Positions 32,429 to 44,573 are shown, numbered from the stretch's first letter. The stretch: 64,000 nucleotides of DNA from Diplonema japonicum (GCA_964019335.1 OZ025667.1:558001-622000), one strand, 5' to 3'. The notes: generated by a model not told the origin, from the sequence alone. Made by a program: numbers and translations.

Positions 32429-33221
32429 ATGGGCTGTGACGAGAGGCTCGAAGGGATGGACTGCCCAACAGACATCATCATAGGGAAGAGGCGTCCTGTG
32501 GACAACCCGTTGATCGTGAGGCATGAGGTGGGGAAGAGCAGGTTGGCGGGGATAGCGCCATCTAATCTAGACTGTGGTATGGATGTATTGACGCAGCATA
32601 ACATTTTATAAATGTCTTTTTTTTTTTTATACAGATTTTACGTATGGGATGCCATCGAAGAGAGACGCAGAGAATGCTGGCGCTGTGGTGCTGACGTGGG
32701 TGGAGCACACGAAAGCAAAGTGCCAAGCACAGCGAGGCGAAAAAGATTTTCTAAAAATGAACAAAAAAGCAATTGAGAACCAATGTGTAACCTGCCGCGA
32801 CGTCCATCAGTACAGAAAGGACAATGGGATACGAATACCTCAGAACAAGAGCAAAAGGTTAAAACAGGAAGCTGGTGATACAGCCAGAACCTTTGGGTGC
32901 AAAAGCAAAGGTGAGGAGAGTGTGAGGGACCTTATGGCGAACAGATTCGCACTGGAATGGGTGAGGCAGCAGCAGAGGATAGCAGTCATAAGAGAACAAT
33001 CCAAGCCTCCTTCTAAAGAAGCTAGCCGCAGGCACTTTATGCACCCTCCTGTGTCTTCGCTAGCGCCACCGCCACCAGACCCAAGGGATACTTTCACCCT
33101 CAAGAAGTTTAAAAACGTTCCTTCAAAAATTTCGCACACAAGGACCCCATCGCCGCAGCCTGTGACACGGCCACTCGTGCTGCCCCCCATCAGCAAAACC
33201 CCCGAGCCAATGGCGGTATAA
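32429..33221 (+). CDS. CFAP77: CFAP77 (DUF4483)-like ciliary protein, one intron
   Basis: Intron 32577-32634 (GTATGG...ACAG) joins DNPLIVRHEVGK to DFTYGMP...WVEH...DFLKMNKKAI...TFG...FTLKKFKNV. Confidence 0.65.
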
Positions 33222-33245
33222 CCAGCAGGGGGAAAAAAAAGGGGG

Positions 33246-33276
<31 letters not shown>

Positions 33277-33514
33277 GCCGACAGTATTTACATATTGTCT
33301 CTTTTTTTTTTCTTGGGGAAGAGAGAGAGGGGCTTAAAACGTGGACTTGTTGCGCAAACAAAAGAAAGAACCCCCCTCCCATCTTCTTTTTTTTTTTCTT
33401 TTTCTCCTCTTCTTCCCTCTCCTTATTCTATAATTTTTTTTTAGAATGTAAAAAAAAAAAAAAAAAAGAAAAGAAAAAAACCACTATTGTTGTTCAGAAG
33501 GAAAAAAAAATACA

Positions 33515-34105
33515 ATGTTAAATGTTTTCTCAGGTGTGCTGTCGCAGTTTGCAGGTCTGGGTGCGGCACAGGAGGAGGATGACGTCGACACGCTGATGCT
33601 GAGCCTGAGCGAGGAACGGTCCATCGCGAGGAGTGCAAGCAGTGCTTCCTTGATGTCGACGGGGAGCAGCATGAATGAAGAGCCAGTTAATGAGCTACTC
33701 ATTGATGTTGAAGCCTTTGCAGGGAAGATGACAGATGATTTCACAAACAGGAAGAAGATGCCCAGTACAAACGAACACCTAGTCTGGACAGAGGCTAGAA
33801 CTGCCCATGCGCAACATATTCTCAAACTGTCCCCTTCCCTCAGCAAGGCGCGGTATCACTTGTGCCCTACCCGTATCTCTGATGATCACTTTTGGGCGTC
33901 ATACTTCACCATGCTTAGACCCCACCTTGCAGCTGTATTATACTTGGACGTAGATGATCTAGATGTTGCAAGTGCATCTGATTCCCTATCTGACACACTT
34001 TGGAACTGCCACACTCTTCAGCATTGGACTTGCCTTACTTGCCACTACGACTGCAATGGGGCGGAGGACGCATTTTGTCAGACCTGTGCAGGTGTGCGTT
34101 CGTGA
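33515..34105 (+). CDS. BSD-domain protein with C-terminal RanBP2-type zinc finger
   Basis: LSKARYHLCPTRISDDHFWASYF (BSD) and WTCLTC...N...FCQTC (RanBP2). Confidence 0.8.
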   Translation: MLNVFSGVLSQFAGLGAAQEEDDVDTLMLSLSEERSIARSASSASLMSTGSSMNEEPVNELLIDVEAFAGKMTDDFTNRKKMPSTNEHLVWTEARTAHAQHILKLSPSLSKARYHLCPTRISDDHFWASYFTMLRPHLAAVLYLDVDDLDVASASDSLSDTLWNCHTLQHWTCLTCHYDCNGAEDAFCQTCAGVRS

Positions 34106-35959
34106 AGTAGAATTGTATTGCGCTTTTCTCCTCCCTATCACCCCCCTCCCCTCTTTTTTTTTTCTTTTTTGACGCATTTGAGAGATCAGAGCTCAGCTTT
34201 TTTCCGCTTGTGCGGGATACAGTCTGTGTCCATCCCTTGATGCAGTTGCTTATCTATTTTTGTGTTCTTTGTTTTTGCGTGCCCACGCCGCTTACTGAGA
34301 GGGTGTTTCTCCCCCTGTGCAGGCAATGCTCTCCCCTCCCCTCCCCTTTGCGTAATACGTATAACTTCTTAAACTACTACTTGATTAATAATTTTTTTTT
34401 TTTTAAATTTTGGTGGGTCGTTGCTAATACCTTTGTTCCCATCTTGTGATTGCTTTTAGAAGGGGGGGGGGAAGGGGAAAGAAAAAAGTAGTAGTGGGGG
34501 AGGTAGTCTGCATTGCATTGGGCTTGATCCTTCTACACAGGTTCATCCCTCCCCTAGGCATGTAGTGATGCGGAGTGTATTCCATAATTTTTCGCATATA
34601 TTGCACACAGTGCCAAGAAAAAAAAAAAAAAGACATTTTATAGGTTCTCGCTACCATATTTTCTGAGAGATCGGTAAAAAAAGAAAAAGAAAAAAAAAAA
34701 TACAAGCAAAACCTAAACCAAATCTACCAGAGATGGAAATGTCGCAGAAAAATTGGAGTTTCTCGGAGCTTTTTGAACCCCCCTCCCCTCCCCCTCCCCC
34801 CCTGGTTGTGCACACAGACAACTATTAAGACCGACCTTTTTCCCCAGCCCCTATTAGGTGAGTTCGTTGCTTTAGTTGTTTCCCCCCCCCCCCTTTCTTT
34901 TAACCTTTTGCAACCTTGAAGAAGGTCCCCCCCCCAAATTTCTCATTTGCTCTGTTGCTAACGAAAGATTTCTTTTTGAGATTATTCTTTTTTCCTTTTC
35001 AAGAACGAGTCTATGGCTTGGCTGTAGTTCGTTTCTCACGGGGCCTCGGCTTATCTTTCATCTTTCGTTCCCTCTACTCATTTTTTTCTGAACTCAATTT
35101 CCAGAAATTGTCGGCAAACTGTGAATGGAGGGGGGGTGGTGAGAAATTTGGAGAAGATTTAAGAAAATGCGTTCATTCTCTTTTCTTTCTTTCTTTGGTA
35201 GAAGCGAAAAAGAATTTTTTTTCTCTTTTTTTTTTCCCTTTACCTACAAAATTATGTCCCATCTATTTCCACTCTCCCTACAAACATTTTCCCCCCATTT
35301 TTTTTTTGTTTGACCATCCTTTTCAAAGGAACGTACTTTTGATGAATTTAAAAAAAAAAAAAAGAGAAACAAAAGTACCCTTTCCCCAAAGTCCAGCCTC
35401 TTCTTCCTTCCATGTTGCGTGGTGGCAGGTACACCCATATAACTCTTGAAAAGGCTGGACACCTTTTGTTTTTATTTTATTGCGAAAGAAAAAAAAAAAA
35501 AGAAAAAAAAGAAAACCGAGAGGAAACAAAACAAAACAAAAAAAGAAGGAAACCCGAGGACGGGTAGAGTCCCTAGTCACATATCTAATGATAGAGATTT
35601 CAGAGGACCACAACTGGTAGGTTATAGTGAAGAAACCTGGTTGGTGTGGGGAGGGAAAAAAAAAAAAGAAAAAGCGAAGGTCCGTGGAATCTAAAATAAA
35701 ACTGCGGGAGTGAGAAAAGAGCTTTTTCAACAACCCCCCCCCCCCCCCGTCCTTTTGACTCCGTAGCTCTCCTTGTAGAATAAGAAATAAGAATCGAGAA
35801 AAGAAAGAAAAAAAAAAAACCACCTTCCTCCCATTTTACTGCCAATTCTATTTCTTTTTTTTTTCTCTTTCTTTCTCCTTTCTATCAAAGAAGTTTTTCT
35901 TTTCCGTATTTTGATACGCATTTGTCCGTTCTTAATATTTTAAAACCATTTTCCAACAC

Positions 35960-36004
<45 letters not shown>

Positions 36005-36031
36005 ACGCGTGGGGGAGGGGGAGGGGGAATA

Positions 36032-39000
36032 ATGGAGGATATAGTACGCAGGCAGAGGGAAGCCTTTAAAAAGTTAGATGTGCTATGCGGGTGCAAAGGA
36101 GAAGTAAGTAGAAACGAGATGCTAGCGGTGCTGAAGCAGGAGAGGTTGGGAGCAAAGGTTCTGTTCAGGGAGCTCGACGAAAATAAAGACGGTACGCTTT
36201 CGGAACAGGAATGGGTTGCGTGGATCGAAGGCATCGCCAAAGAGAGCGAAGACGATGCCATTTCACGATTAGAATGGCTCGAGAGCAAAATAGAAACAGC
36301 AGAAACGCCATCCCCCAAGGCTGTAAAGTCCTCTGGTCTTGTAAGAATCCATGAAGACGACCATCGTAGCGATGAACTCCGATCCCGAGCAATTGACGCA
36401 TTTAACAAAATCGATGCACAGTGCAGCCAAGACGGGTCGATCAGTAGGGAAGAGCTTATAACCGTTCTCCGTCAAGAACGGTTGGGAGCGAAGGTTCTCT
36501 TTAAGGAGCTGGACGACAATACAGATGGTGGGATATCCCTTGCAGAATGGCTGGCGTGGGTCACAAAGCTCACCATCAAAGGTTTCGACGAAGCAGAGTC
36601 TCGACTCGAATGGATTGAAGACCGCCTCACCGCCACTGCCCTCCTCGGCACACCTGAGACAGAACCTCTCAACACCGGCCGTGCGAAGATTAATGACGAT
36701 GCTGTTAAGATAGCTGCTTTCAAGAAGCGAACGGCACGTGCCTTCGATGCCATCGACGCGCAATGCTCTCGCGATGGTGAGGTCTCGCGTGAGGAGTTGT
36801 TGTCCGTCTTAAAGCAAGAACGCCTCGGCGCCAAGATCCTCTTCAAGGAACTAGACGAGAATGCAGACGGTGGGATCTCGCTCACGGAGTGGCATCACTT
36901 CTTCGACAGCATCACTCTGAAGTCGGGCTTCGACGAAGCAGAGTCACGCATCGAGTGGATCGAAGACCGCCTCGCAGCAGCCTCGCAAACAGCAACCCCC
37001 GAACAAGCACCTCTCGACGCACACGGTATCATACACGAAAAGGAGCTACGATACGCCGCGATGAAGGACAAGGCAAAACAGCTCTTCGATGCAATCGATG
37101 CGGAATGCTCGCAGGACGGTGAGGTTTCCAGGGAGGAACTATTGTCCGTCCTCTCGCAGGAGAGACTTGGTGCCAAGGTTTTGTTCCGAGAGCTTGATCA
37201 AAACGACGACGGTGGGATCTCCCTTGCCGAGTGGCACAAATGGTTCGACACCCTCGCAGGAAAGGGCGGCATTGACGAAGCGGAGTCGCGGCTGGAATGG
37301 ATCGAAGAGCGTTTGAGCATGGCGCAGAAGTCATTGACAACGCTCGACGAGGTTGAGGCTGCGGAGACGCGCGGCAGGAACGACACCGAGATGGACGAGG
37401 CGTCCTCCAGGATACACATCGAGGAGGCAACAAACTCTGTAGTAATGTGCGGTGAGGGAGTGATGTCCATTTTCCTTTCAAGGAAGAGCGTGAAGCAAGC
37501 CAAGACAGAGAGGATGCGCAAGATTCAACAGTACCGCGATGCCGTCTTCCCATGCTCCACGCAGCAGGCAGAGTGTGGGAGCGACAGCACGATACCAGAA
37601 GCGAAGAGGTTGGGACACGTGCTCCTCCGCAAGATAGGCAGGATTGATGATCTGGGGGACATCATCCCAGGAGTCCCCAGGGTGGCACTGAAGCAGCCGT
37701 TGTGGGAGATGTCAGGCGAGCAGCGTGAAGTGGTCATCAGTAGCGACATTGTGAATGAGGAAGGCGGCGGCGAGGGGCCGATGGCGGAAGAGATATACGG
37801 AAAAGGTGTTTTCAGCATCAGCTACGCAGAGCTGTCGGATCTGGAGAGCACGGTCCGTGTGGCCTCCGAGAGCGTGCCGCGGGTGTTCTACGCGATGCTG
37901 GTGGGGAGGTTCACCGCCAACCCGCAGCACTGCGCGTACTTCGCTCTGCGTAGGAAGACGCCTCTGTGCGACATCGGGACGGAGGCCTCGGAAGCTGCTT
38001 TGAAAGTACAGCTGCAAGCAGAGCAATCGCTTGCCATGGACAGCAACAGTAATGTAGGGAAACAGTTCAAAGAGTGGGTGACAGATGTAACGGCTGGATA
38101 CAAGGAGTACGGGTTCGCCTCGTCAGAGGAAGGGAGACGGGTGTTGGGCAAGTCTTTGGAAGAGCTAGCCGTCGGTGTGTGTGTGTCGCAGAAGGCATAC
38201 TTCATGGTTGACAGTGTTGAAGGTAAGAGGAACCAGATCTCCAAGAAACCTTTGCGTCCAGTAGCGTTCCTCTCCACAGCACTGGGCCATCTCAGCTCAG
38301 ACTGTGAAAAGAGGGTCATGAAGGCTGCTGTGTCGTCTATCTTCATGTCTGCTCATTTGCAAGGCTGCTCCAGCATGGTCGTGCCACCGCTGTTCGCGGA
38401 CTCTCCAGATCTTGCACTGCTTTGCTACAAAACGCAATTCGAGCTCCTCTCAGAACGCGACTGGGGGTTCAAATGCTACTTCATCAACGCGACTCACTAC
38501 GAAGATACTCTGCAGTGCCTGGCGCAGGGTCTGACACCAGGGTGCGCTTACTACAAACCACTAGAGGGGAAGTACCTGCGGTGCGATGTTGTGTTCCACG
38601 ACAGGGACAGCAAGGATGTGGCGGTGGAGCTCAGCAAGAAAGGCTCGTCAGTGGGCATGCTGAACCTGTGCGACTCTAGGTCCATCATGCAGGGTGTCTT
38701 CTGGGAACACGGCAAACGTGCAGGAAACACTGAAGAGACTGACTACGCAACCACTTCAACACTCATCCTCACCAACGACCTCGGCTCACGTCTGGGTGCC
38801 GCCGCATTGTGGGAATCTCCCGTTACCAGAGACGCTGACACCATCATGGTGCGCATCCCGCTCAAGGAAAACGTGCCCCTCGGCATACACTACAACAGGC
38901 AGGGCTTGCACGTGAAACTTATCTCCGTCGAGCCCGGTAGTCTTGCTCAGCATGCGGGGGCAACGACAGGGGTTATCAAGGAGGCTTCGGGGTGCATGAT

Positions 39001-39658
39001 ATTCTCACAAGAAGATCTTGTGAGGATCACCTTGCAGCTAAGGAAGTGTGGTGCTGGATATATTGAGCTGAAGGTGGTGCCCGACCAGACGGTGGCAGAG
39101 GAGATGAGACGTGTCACGGCGCCGTTGGAAGCGCTGAAAGCAGGGCTGGAGGCAAAGCTGTTAGGATCGCCTGTGCCTCTTGAAAAACCTTCGAGGCTGA
39201 TGAGCCCCAGCCCGCAGAGAGGGAGGAGTCAGAATGCGCCGAGCCTGTCGAGTCCAAGCCCTGCGAGGATAGCAACTGCTGTGCCTGTTTCTGTTCCTGT
39301 TCCTGTTCCTGTTCCTGTGGGGCGTGGGTTTGGCTCGTCGAGCCCTCGTCGTTATCACGCTGCAAGAGAAGTGACGCCAGGGCCAGGTGCCTACATCAAT
39401 ACATCACCTTCCAACCCGTCCCCCACAGGCTTGCAGAAGCAATCTCCTGCGAGACCCAGCTTCCCCAGGCACCACCAGGTCCGCAACAGCTACAGTCCCT
39501 CTCGCACTATTAGCCCTAGTCCTGTTTTTAATGCTTCAAAATTCCCCGAAAGAAGGCACCCTGGCACCTTTTCCCGTAACGCCGAACCTCGCATCGGACG
39601 TGTCGAAAAGATGGGACCCGGCCCTGGGGAGTACAGTCCCAAGCGATGGCTAGAGTGA
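36032..39658 (+). CDS. Multidomain protein: four EF-hand-pair repeats, macrodomain-like region, PDZ-like domain, PGPGxY repeats
   Basis: Four internal repeats (DxxCxxxGx(I/V)SRxE...ERLGAK...ELDxNxDG); PLGI...VEPGSLAQHAG (PDZ); TPGPGAY and GPGPGEY. Confidence 0.85.
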   Translation: MEDIVRRQREAFKKLDVLCGCKGEVSRNEMLAVLKQERLGAKVLFRELDENKDGTLSEQEWVAWIEGIAKESEDDAISRLEWLESKIETAETPSPKAVKSSGLVRIHEDDHRSDELRSRAIDAFNKIDAQCSQDGSISREELITVLRQERLGAKVLFKELDDNTDGGISLAEWLAWVTKLTIKGFDEAESRLEWIEDRLTATALLGTPETEPLNTGRAKINDDAVKIAAFKKRTARAFDAIDAQCSRDGEVSREELLSVLKQERLGAKILFKELDENADGGISLTEWHHFFDSITLKSGFDEAESRIEWIEDRLAAASQTATPEQAPLDAHGIIHEKELRYAAMKDKAKQLFDAIDAECSQDGEVSREELLSVLSQERLGAKVLFRELDQNDDGGISLAEWHKWFDTLAGKGGIDEAESRLEWIEERLSMAQKSLTTLDEVEAAETRGRNDTEMDEASSRIHIEEATNSVVMCGEGVMSIFLSRKSVKQAKTERMRKIQQYRDAVFPCSTQQAECGSDSTIPEAKRLGHVLLRKIGRIDDLGDIIPGVPRVALKQPLWEMSGEQREVVISSDIVNEEGGGEGPMAEEIYGKGVFSISYAELSDLESTVRVASESVPRVFYAMLVGRFTANPQHCAYFALRRKTPLCDIGTEASEAALKVQLQAEQSLAMDSNSNVGKQFKEWVTDVTAGYKEYGFASSEEGRRVLGKSLEELAVGVCVSQKAYFMVDSVEGKRNQISKKPLRPVAFLSTALGHLSSDCEKRVMKAAVSSIFMSAHLQGCSSMVVPPLFADSPDLALLCYKTQFELLSERDWGFKCYFINATHYEDTLQCLAQGLTPGCAYYKPLEGKYLRCDVVFHDRDSKDVAVELSKKGSSVGMLNLCDSRSIMQGVFWEHGKRAGNTEETDYATTSTLILTNDLGSRLGAAALWESPVTRDADTIMVRIPLKENVPLGIHYNRQGLHVKLISVEPGSLAQHAGATTGVIKEASGCMIFSQEDLVRITLQLRKCGAGYIELKVVPDQTVAEEMRRVTAPLEALKAGLEAKLLGSPVPLEKPSRLMSPSPQRGRSQNAPSLSSPSPARIATAVPVSVPVPVPVPVGRGFGSSSPRRYHAAREVTPGPGAYINTSPSNPSPTGLQKQSPARPSFPRHHQVRNSYSPSRTISPSPVFNASKFPERRHPGTFSRNAEPRIGRVEKMGPGPGEYSPKRWLE

Positions 39659-40061
39659 AGGGCTAGGGAAAGAAATACGGAATGGGGACAAAGTTTACTT
39701 TAATTTTTTATTTTATTCACTTCCCGTCTTTAGTTTCTCCCCCCCCCTCTCAACCCGTCTTCGAAACTTCCAACTTGTCAAAATAAAATAAAGTAAAATA
39801 AAAAAAAAAAGAATTTTCTTGGAAAAAAAAAGAGAAAAAAATTGTTGTACTGTAACCACCCTCCCCCGAACACACCACGCAAGAAGGGAAAAAAAAAAAA
39901 AAAAAAAAACGCACGCCACATTTTTTGATGTACCCCTTTACCCCCCTTCTTTTTTCTTTGAATCTCTTCGACCACCTGCTCTTTTTTTTTTTTTTTTTTT
40001 TCGTTGTATAAGTTAACTCAGGAAAAAAAATAAAGGGCAGGGAGGGGAGGGAAAGAGCAGA

Positions 40062-40794
40062 ATGAGCAGGGAGATGCTGCAGGCAGCGAACGATGGAAAC
40101 ATCACGAAGGTAAAGATGCTCCTTGACAAGGGAGTGAGCGTGGAAAAGGGATGTGAGGAGGATATTCGGGTAGACAACTGTGTAGTGGATGTGTTCAAAA
40201 AGGGGACAACTGCTCTTCATGTGGCCGCATGGGGGGCTCACGCAGACTTGACCCAGACACTGATTAATTATACTAACCAGCTAGACCCAGTGGACTGCAG
40301 TAACCGCACACCCTTGCAAATCGCCATCGGGATAGGGAAGAAAAGCGTTAATGAGCTGATCCGGGCGAACTGTTTGAAAATCATGAAATCTCTACTAACA
40401 TGGGGTGCCGCATTTCGTGCGGGGGATTGGGATGGAGCCCGCATAGAAAGGGGGAGCTCACGTGTGTTGGGGAGGGAAGAAGAAGAAGAAAAAAGAAGGG
40501 AAAAAAAAAAAAAAAAAAAAAACAGAATGGCAGCATGATGATTCCGTTCTGACCTGCCCTGGTTCAGAGTGCGGTATTAAATTTGGTTTTTTTACGAGGT
40601 ATGTTTTTTTTTTTTTTTTAGGGAAAAAAAAAAAAAAAAAAACCAGACGGCATCATTGCCGGGGTTGTGGCAAAATATTTTGCGATTACTGCGCACCTGA
40701 AAGTAAAGAGTTCGACGGTCGTTGCTGCCCGTTCTGCCGGGCCGTGACAAAATTGTGGAAAGCAAGAATAATGCTCAGCACAGCGCAAGAGTAA
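40062..40794 (+). CDS. Ankyrin-repeat + FYVE zinc-finger protein, two introns
   Basis: GTTALHVAA and RTPLQIA. Introns 40462-40525 and 40599-40646 restore WQHDD...C...C...FGFFTRRHHCRGCGKIFCDYC...RCCPFC. Confidence 0.88.
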
Positions 40795-41638
40795 ACAAAA
40801 ACGAGGAAGGGGGGGGGGGGGGGGGGTACTGTTTTTTATTTATTTATTATTCTATTTTTTCAATTCTAGTTTTTTTTTTTTCGTTAAGGTTCCTATAGCT
40901 CATTTTTTTATTTTTGTGGAAGAAAGGGGAAGAGACACCAAAAAATTGCTCAGTTTTGGGGTAAACTTCGTGACATCATCACCCCCCCCCCCCCCCCCCC
41001 CTCTCCCTTCTCCCCTTTTTCATGTGATTATTTACCGGTGTTAAAAGAAAAAAAAAGAAAGAGAAAAGAAGAAAAAAAAAAAAGCTACGAAATTTTTCTC
41101 CTGTTTTTTTTCTCCCATCAAACATACAAAGAAAGAGAGGAAAGGTATAGAAGAGAAGAAAGAAAAAAATGGGGGGTAAAAATAAATATTACCCTCTCAA
41201 CGCGTTGCCATGTATATGTGTGTGTTTTTTCTTCTTTCAAATCGATCGTAAAAAAAAAAAAAGTTTTAAAAAAAGTGAAAGTTTAGAAAAGAAAAGGGAG
41301 CTATCGTCGTTTAGTTCAAGTACCTCCCCCCACGCCCCTATTTATTTTCTCTCTTCTTTCAACGTGGATCTCAGAGGGGGTTTTTTTCATTACTATGTTT
41401 CGCACTTTAGGGAGTAAAAAAAAAAAAGTAATACAAAACGAGATGAAAAGAAAAAAAAGCATTTTTTTTTTTTTTTTTTCCTTCAGTCCGCTTTTTCTTT
41501 TCTAATCAGTGACCACTCAAAAATCCGTTCAGTTTTTCTTTTTTTTTTTTTTTTTTCCAGCACTCAATTATCACCAATAGGGAAAAAAAAAAAAAAAAAA
41601 AAATCGATCCCTCCCCGCCACACCACCCGCACCCCTAC

Positions 41639-44353
41639 ATGGAGGACCATGGAGGCTTGCGCATCCCAGCCCCGCCACGATTTGTTTCCCCAAGAAGCCG
41701 TGCCCCGAAAATCAATAAGGAGGTTCTCCCTCCGTTGTACTTGGGGAAGAAAGTAGCGTCGCCAGCGTATTCGCCCAAAAGGGCTGTAATGAGAGAAGTG
41801 AGCCCAATGAGGAATGGGAGTCCTAAAATGTCCCCGAAACTGCTGCCGAAAGGTGCAGGGTCACCGTCTCCAAGCAGCGGGAATGTGGGTTTCGAGGCAA
41901 TATCTGCGGCGATGCACAAACTGATTGAAAATCTAGGCGGTGAAGATTCATTAGATAAAAAATGGCTTCAGGTGAGCAGATACCTTGATAATTACGCATC
42001 CGACGCTGAGCGTACTTCCTACGTCACCACCTTGACACAGATCTTCGAACGGACGGATTTGTCAGCAAACGCAACTGCAACAATATCTTGTCTTGACCGG
42101 CTGTTTCTTCTCCTTACTCTTTACATCCCGTCCTGCGCGAGCCTTGTGACCACTTTGAGGGCACGTCTGGGGAGTCTTGTCTTTGCGCAACCGCCTGACT
42201 GTTCTATGCACCCTCTCCCGTTTGAAGTTGAAACAGCAACACGGGATGAATTATACCATTCATTGACAACCGGGGGAAGTGGTGTCACTCATAAAGACGC
42301 TCTCAACTCTGTTAAGATGCAGGATGAGGAAGCGGAGGGGAAGAAAAAAGAGGTCGAGGCACTGAGAAGACGCAGGCAAGCGGAAGCAGTTGACATGATG
42401 CTGAAAAACATCGAGAAAAAAAACGCGACGACCGTCTTGAGGCTGTGGAGGGCCGGGATGCGAAACAGGAAAACAATTCGATCGCTGGAACGACAGCTGG
42501 AGGCGAGGGAACAGTTCAAAAACAGTTTGGAGAGAAAGCTAAGCGACGCGCAGTGCGTGATCAGAAAACTCAAAGATGAAATCCGCGGACTGTCGAAAAC
42601 CATCGAAGACGCAGCACTACAGGACGAACGCAACCTTGAAATGTCTGTTTCCCTTCGTGTTGAAAAAGACGAAATGTCGGAATACCAAGAACAACTGTCA
42701 AAACAAAACAGCAGCTTAAAACGCCAGATTGTTGAACTAAACGAAGCCCACGAGAGCTTGCTGACAACGAAAAACAGAAGCATAACCCACCTCTCTGCAA
42801 ACCTCAAGGACGCCATCAACATGGTCCGCGGCAGAGAAGACTGTTTAACCACCTGCACCGACATAGTAGAATACATAGAAAACTACGCACCCTCAGTGGC
42901 TCTCTGCGACGATAAATCTCTTTCAAAATTCGTGTTGAACTGGATGCACCTCGTCTACGCCAAGCGGTATGACGTCAGAAGAACCAACTCCCGGAACGAC
43001 ATTTTTCACAACCCAACGAAAGAGCTGAAATACATGTACACCGCCCTAGCATACGTCTCCCCGTGGGCAGTACCTGAAGTGGATCTGGAGGATATTGAAG
43101 ACTCTGACACCGCGTCTGATTTCTTGGAATATTGCAGAGAAGCTGGTGTTGATACGACCAGCATAACTGCTGATCAGTTGCTGACGAACGCGCAGAGTAG
43201 GTTGTTCGTGTCGTGCCAGATATTATTGAGGGGTCTTCAGATTGAGAAGAACACATCAGGTCCAGAGTCGGCTTCCGACGGTGGTCAGGTCGAATGGAGA
43301 ACGGTGCTGAAAAAGACGAGATCTGTTTTGAAACAGCGCGACGGGGCGGCCACAACGTTGAGCGAGCTCATGAACAAAAGTTTTGTGACGGCGCATTTCT
43401 TCGACGAAGATGAAGGGATATTATCCCTTGAGGAGCAAATGGACAAACGGAGGTTCAGTTTCAACCCAGACACTTCAAAACTCACCGATCTGTTCGTTGC
43501 AACTGGTGAAGATGCAAACACTGGCCTTCGCGGGGTCAACGATGTCCTCACCGACAATTACAAGCGTCTTCGAAACATCTACAGGTACTACAGCAGTTCG
43601 GACTCCGCTGTTGATATCACGTTGACCCGAAGCGAGTTGTCGCAGTTTTTAAAAGATTGCAAATGTGGCGACATAGAACGCCCGAAGAAGCGTAAGGCGA
43701 ATTCAAGTTCCGGTCAGTTATTACAACCCGAGATTTTCAAAGACATTCAAATCAAGGAAAAAGGCGAGCTTTCTGTTGAAGAATGGGTTCAAGTTATTGT
43801 CCGCACCGCTGCTTACAAGGCAAAAGGCGCCACTTTGTCATACAAATTAACAAATTTTCTCGCGATGCACGTAATACCAAATGCGAATTATGTTGCAGTC
43901 GACGAGTTTAAAGCAGAGCTCAGGAAACCGCACATTCAACAAGTTTTGCAGGAGGCGAAGCCTTTTCTTTTGAAAGTTTTCGGTTATTATTCTTCATTAG
44001 AAGCCGACAGCAACAAAAGGGAGGTGTCGTGGAAGGAGTTTAAAAGACTGATGGACGATATAAGAGCTGTCGATGAGGTCTGCACGCACTACGCCATCAT
44101 GCAAATATTCATAAAGCTGCAGCCGGAGACATTCAGCGCTGCGGTGGATGAGTTGGGGATGCCTTATGCGGACTTTGTCATAGCCATCGCCGCCGTTGCT
44201 GCTTTTAAAAACCCTGCTCCTTATCTACCGTTGCATAATAAGGTGTGGAATTTTTTTTTGTATTTTTTTTTTTTAAATACGAAACAGATTCGTCGCTTTG
44301 TGCAAGTTTGGATGGTGCAACCGCTTGGTAAGAAGATCAAATCTGACTTATAA
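41639..44353 (+). CDS. Coiled-coil protein with C-terminal EF-hand-like regions
   Basis: 2.7-kb ORF with a central coiled coil. Probable 45-nt in-frame intron 44243-44287 (GTGTGG...AAACAG, T-rich). Confidence 0.8.
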   Translation: MEDHGGLRIPAPPRFVSPRSRAPKINKEVLPPLYLGKKVASPAYSPKRAVMREVSPMRNGSPKMSPKLLPKGAGSPSPSSGNVGFEAISAAMHKLIENLGGEDSLDKKWLQVSRYLDNYASDAERTSYVTTLTQIFERTDLSANATATISCLDRLFLLLTLYIPSCASLVTTLRARLGSLVFAQPPDCSMHPLPFEVETATRDELYHSLTTGGSGVTHKDALNSVKMQDEEAEGKKKEVEALRRRRQAEAVDMMLKNIEKKNATTVLRLWRAGMRNRKTIRSLERQLEAREQFKNSLERKLSDAQCVIRKLKDEIRGLSKTIEDAALQDERNLEMSVSLRVEKDEMSEYQEQLSKQNSSLKRQIVELNEAHESLLTTKNRSITHLSANLKDAINMVRGREDCLTTCTDIVEYIENYAPSVALCDDKSLSKFVLNWMHLVYAKRYDVRRTNSRNDIFHNPTKELKYMYTALAYVSPWAVPEVDLEDIEDSDTASDFLEYCREAGVDTTSITADQLLTNAQSRLFVSCQILLRGLQIEKNTSGPESASDGGQVEWRTVLKKTRSVLKQRDGAATTLSELMNKSFVTAHFFDEDEGILSLEEQMDKRRFSFNPDTSKLTDLFVATGEDANTGLRGVNDVLTDNYKRLRNIYRYYSSSDSAVDITLTRSELSQFLKDCKCGDIERPKKRKANSSSGQLLQPEIFKDIQIKEKGELSVEEWVQVIVRTAAYKAKGATLSYKLTNFLAMHVIPNANYVAVDEFKAELRKPHIQQVLQEAKPFLLKVFGYYSSLEADSNKREVSWKEFKRLMDDIRAVDEVCTHYAIMQIFIKLQPETFSAAVDELGMPYADFVIAIAAVAAFKNPAPYLPLHNKVWNFFLYFFFLNTKQIRRFVQVWMVQPLGKKIKSDL

Positions 44354-44573
44354 TGACCCGGGGGGGGGGGGGGGGGGGAGGAAAGAAGGGGAAAGATACG
44401 TCCCCCGGACCTCCTGCCCTATTATCAGATGCAATATATATATTTTTTCTCTCTCACTTTCTTTTTGAATTCGTTCTCCCCCCTCCCCTCCCCGCATTTT
44501 TTTGCATCGGATCGCCCAGCTATTTTTTTTGTGGGTTTTATATTTTTTTTTTTATTTTTTTTTTTTTTATAAC

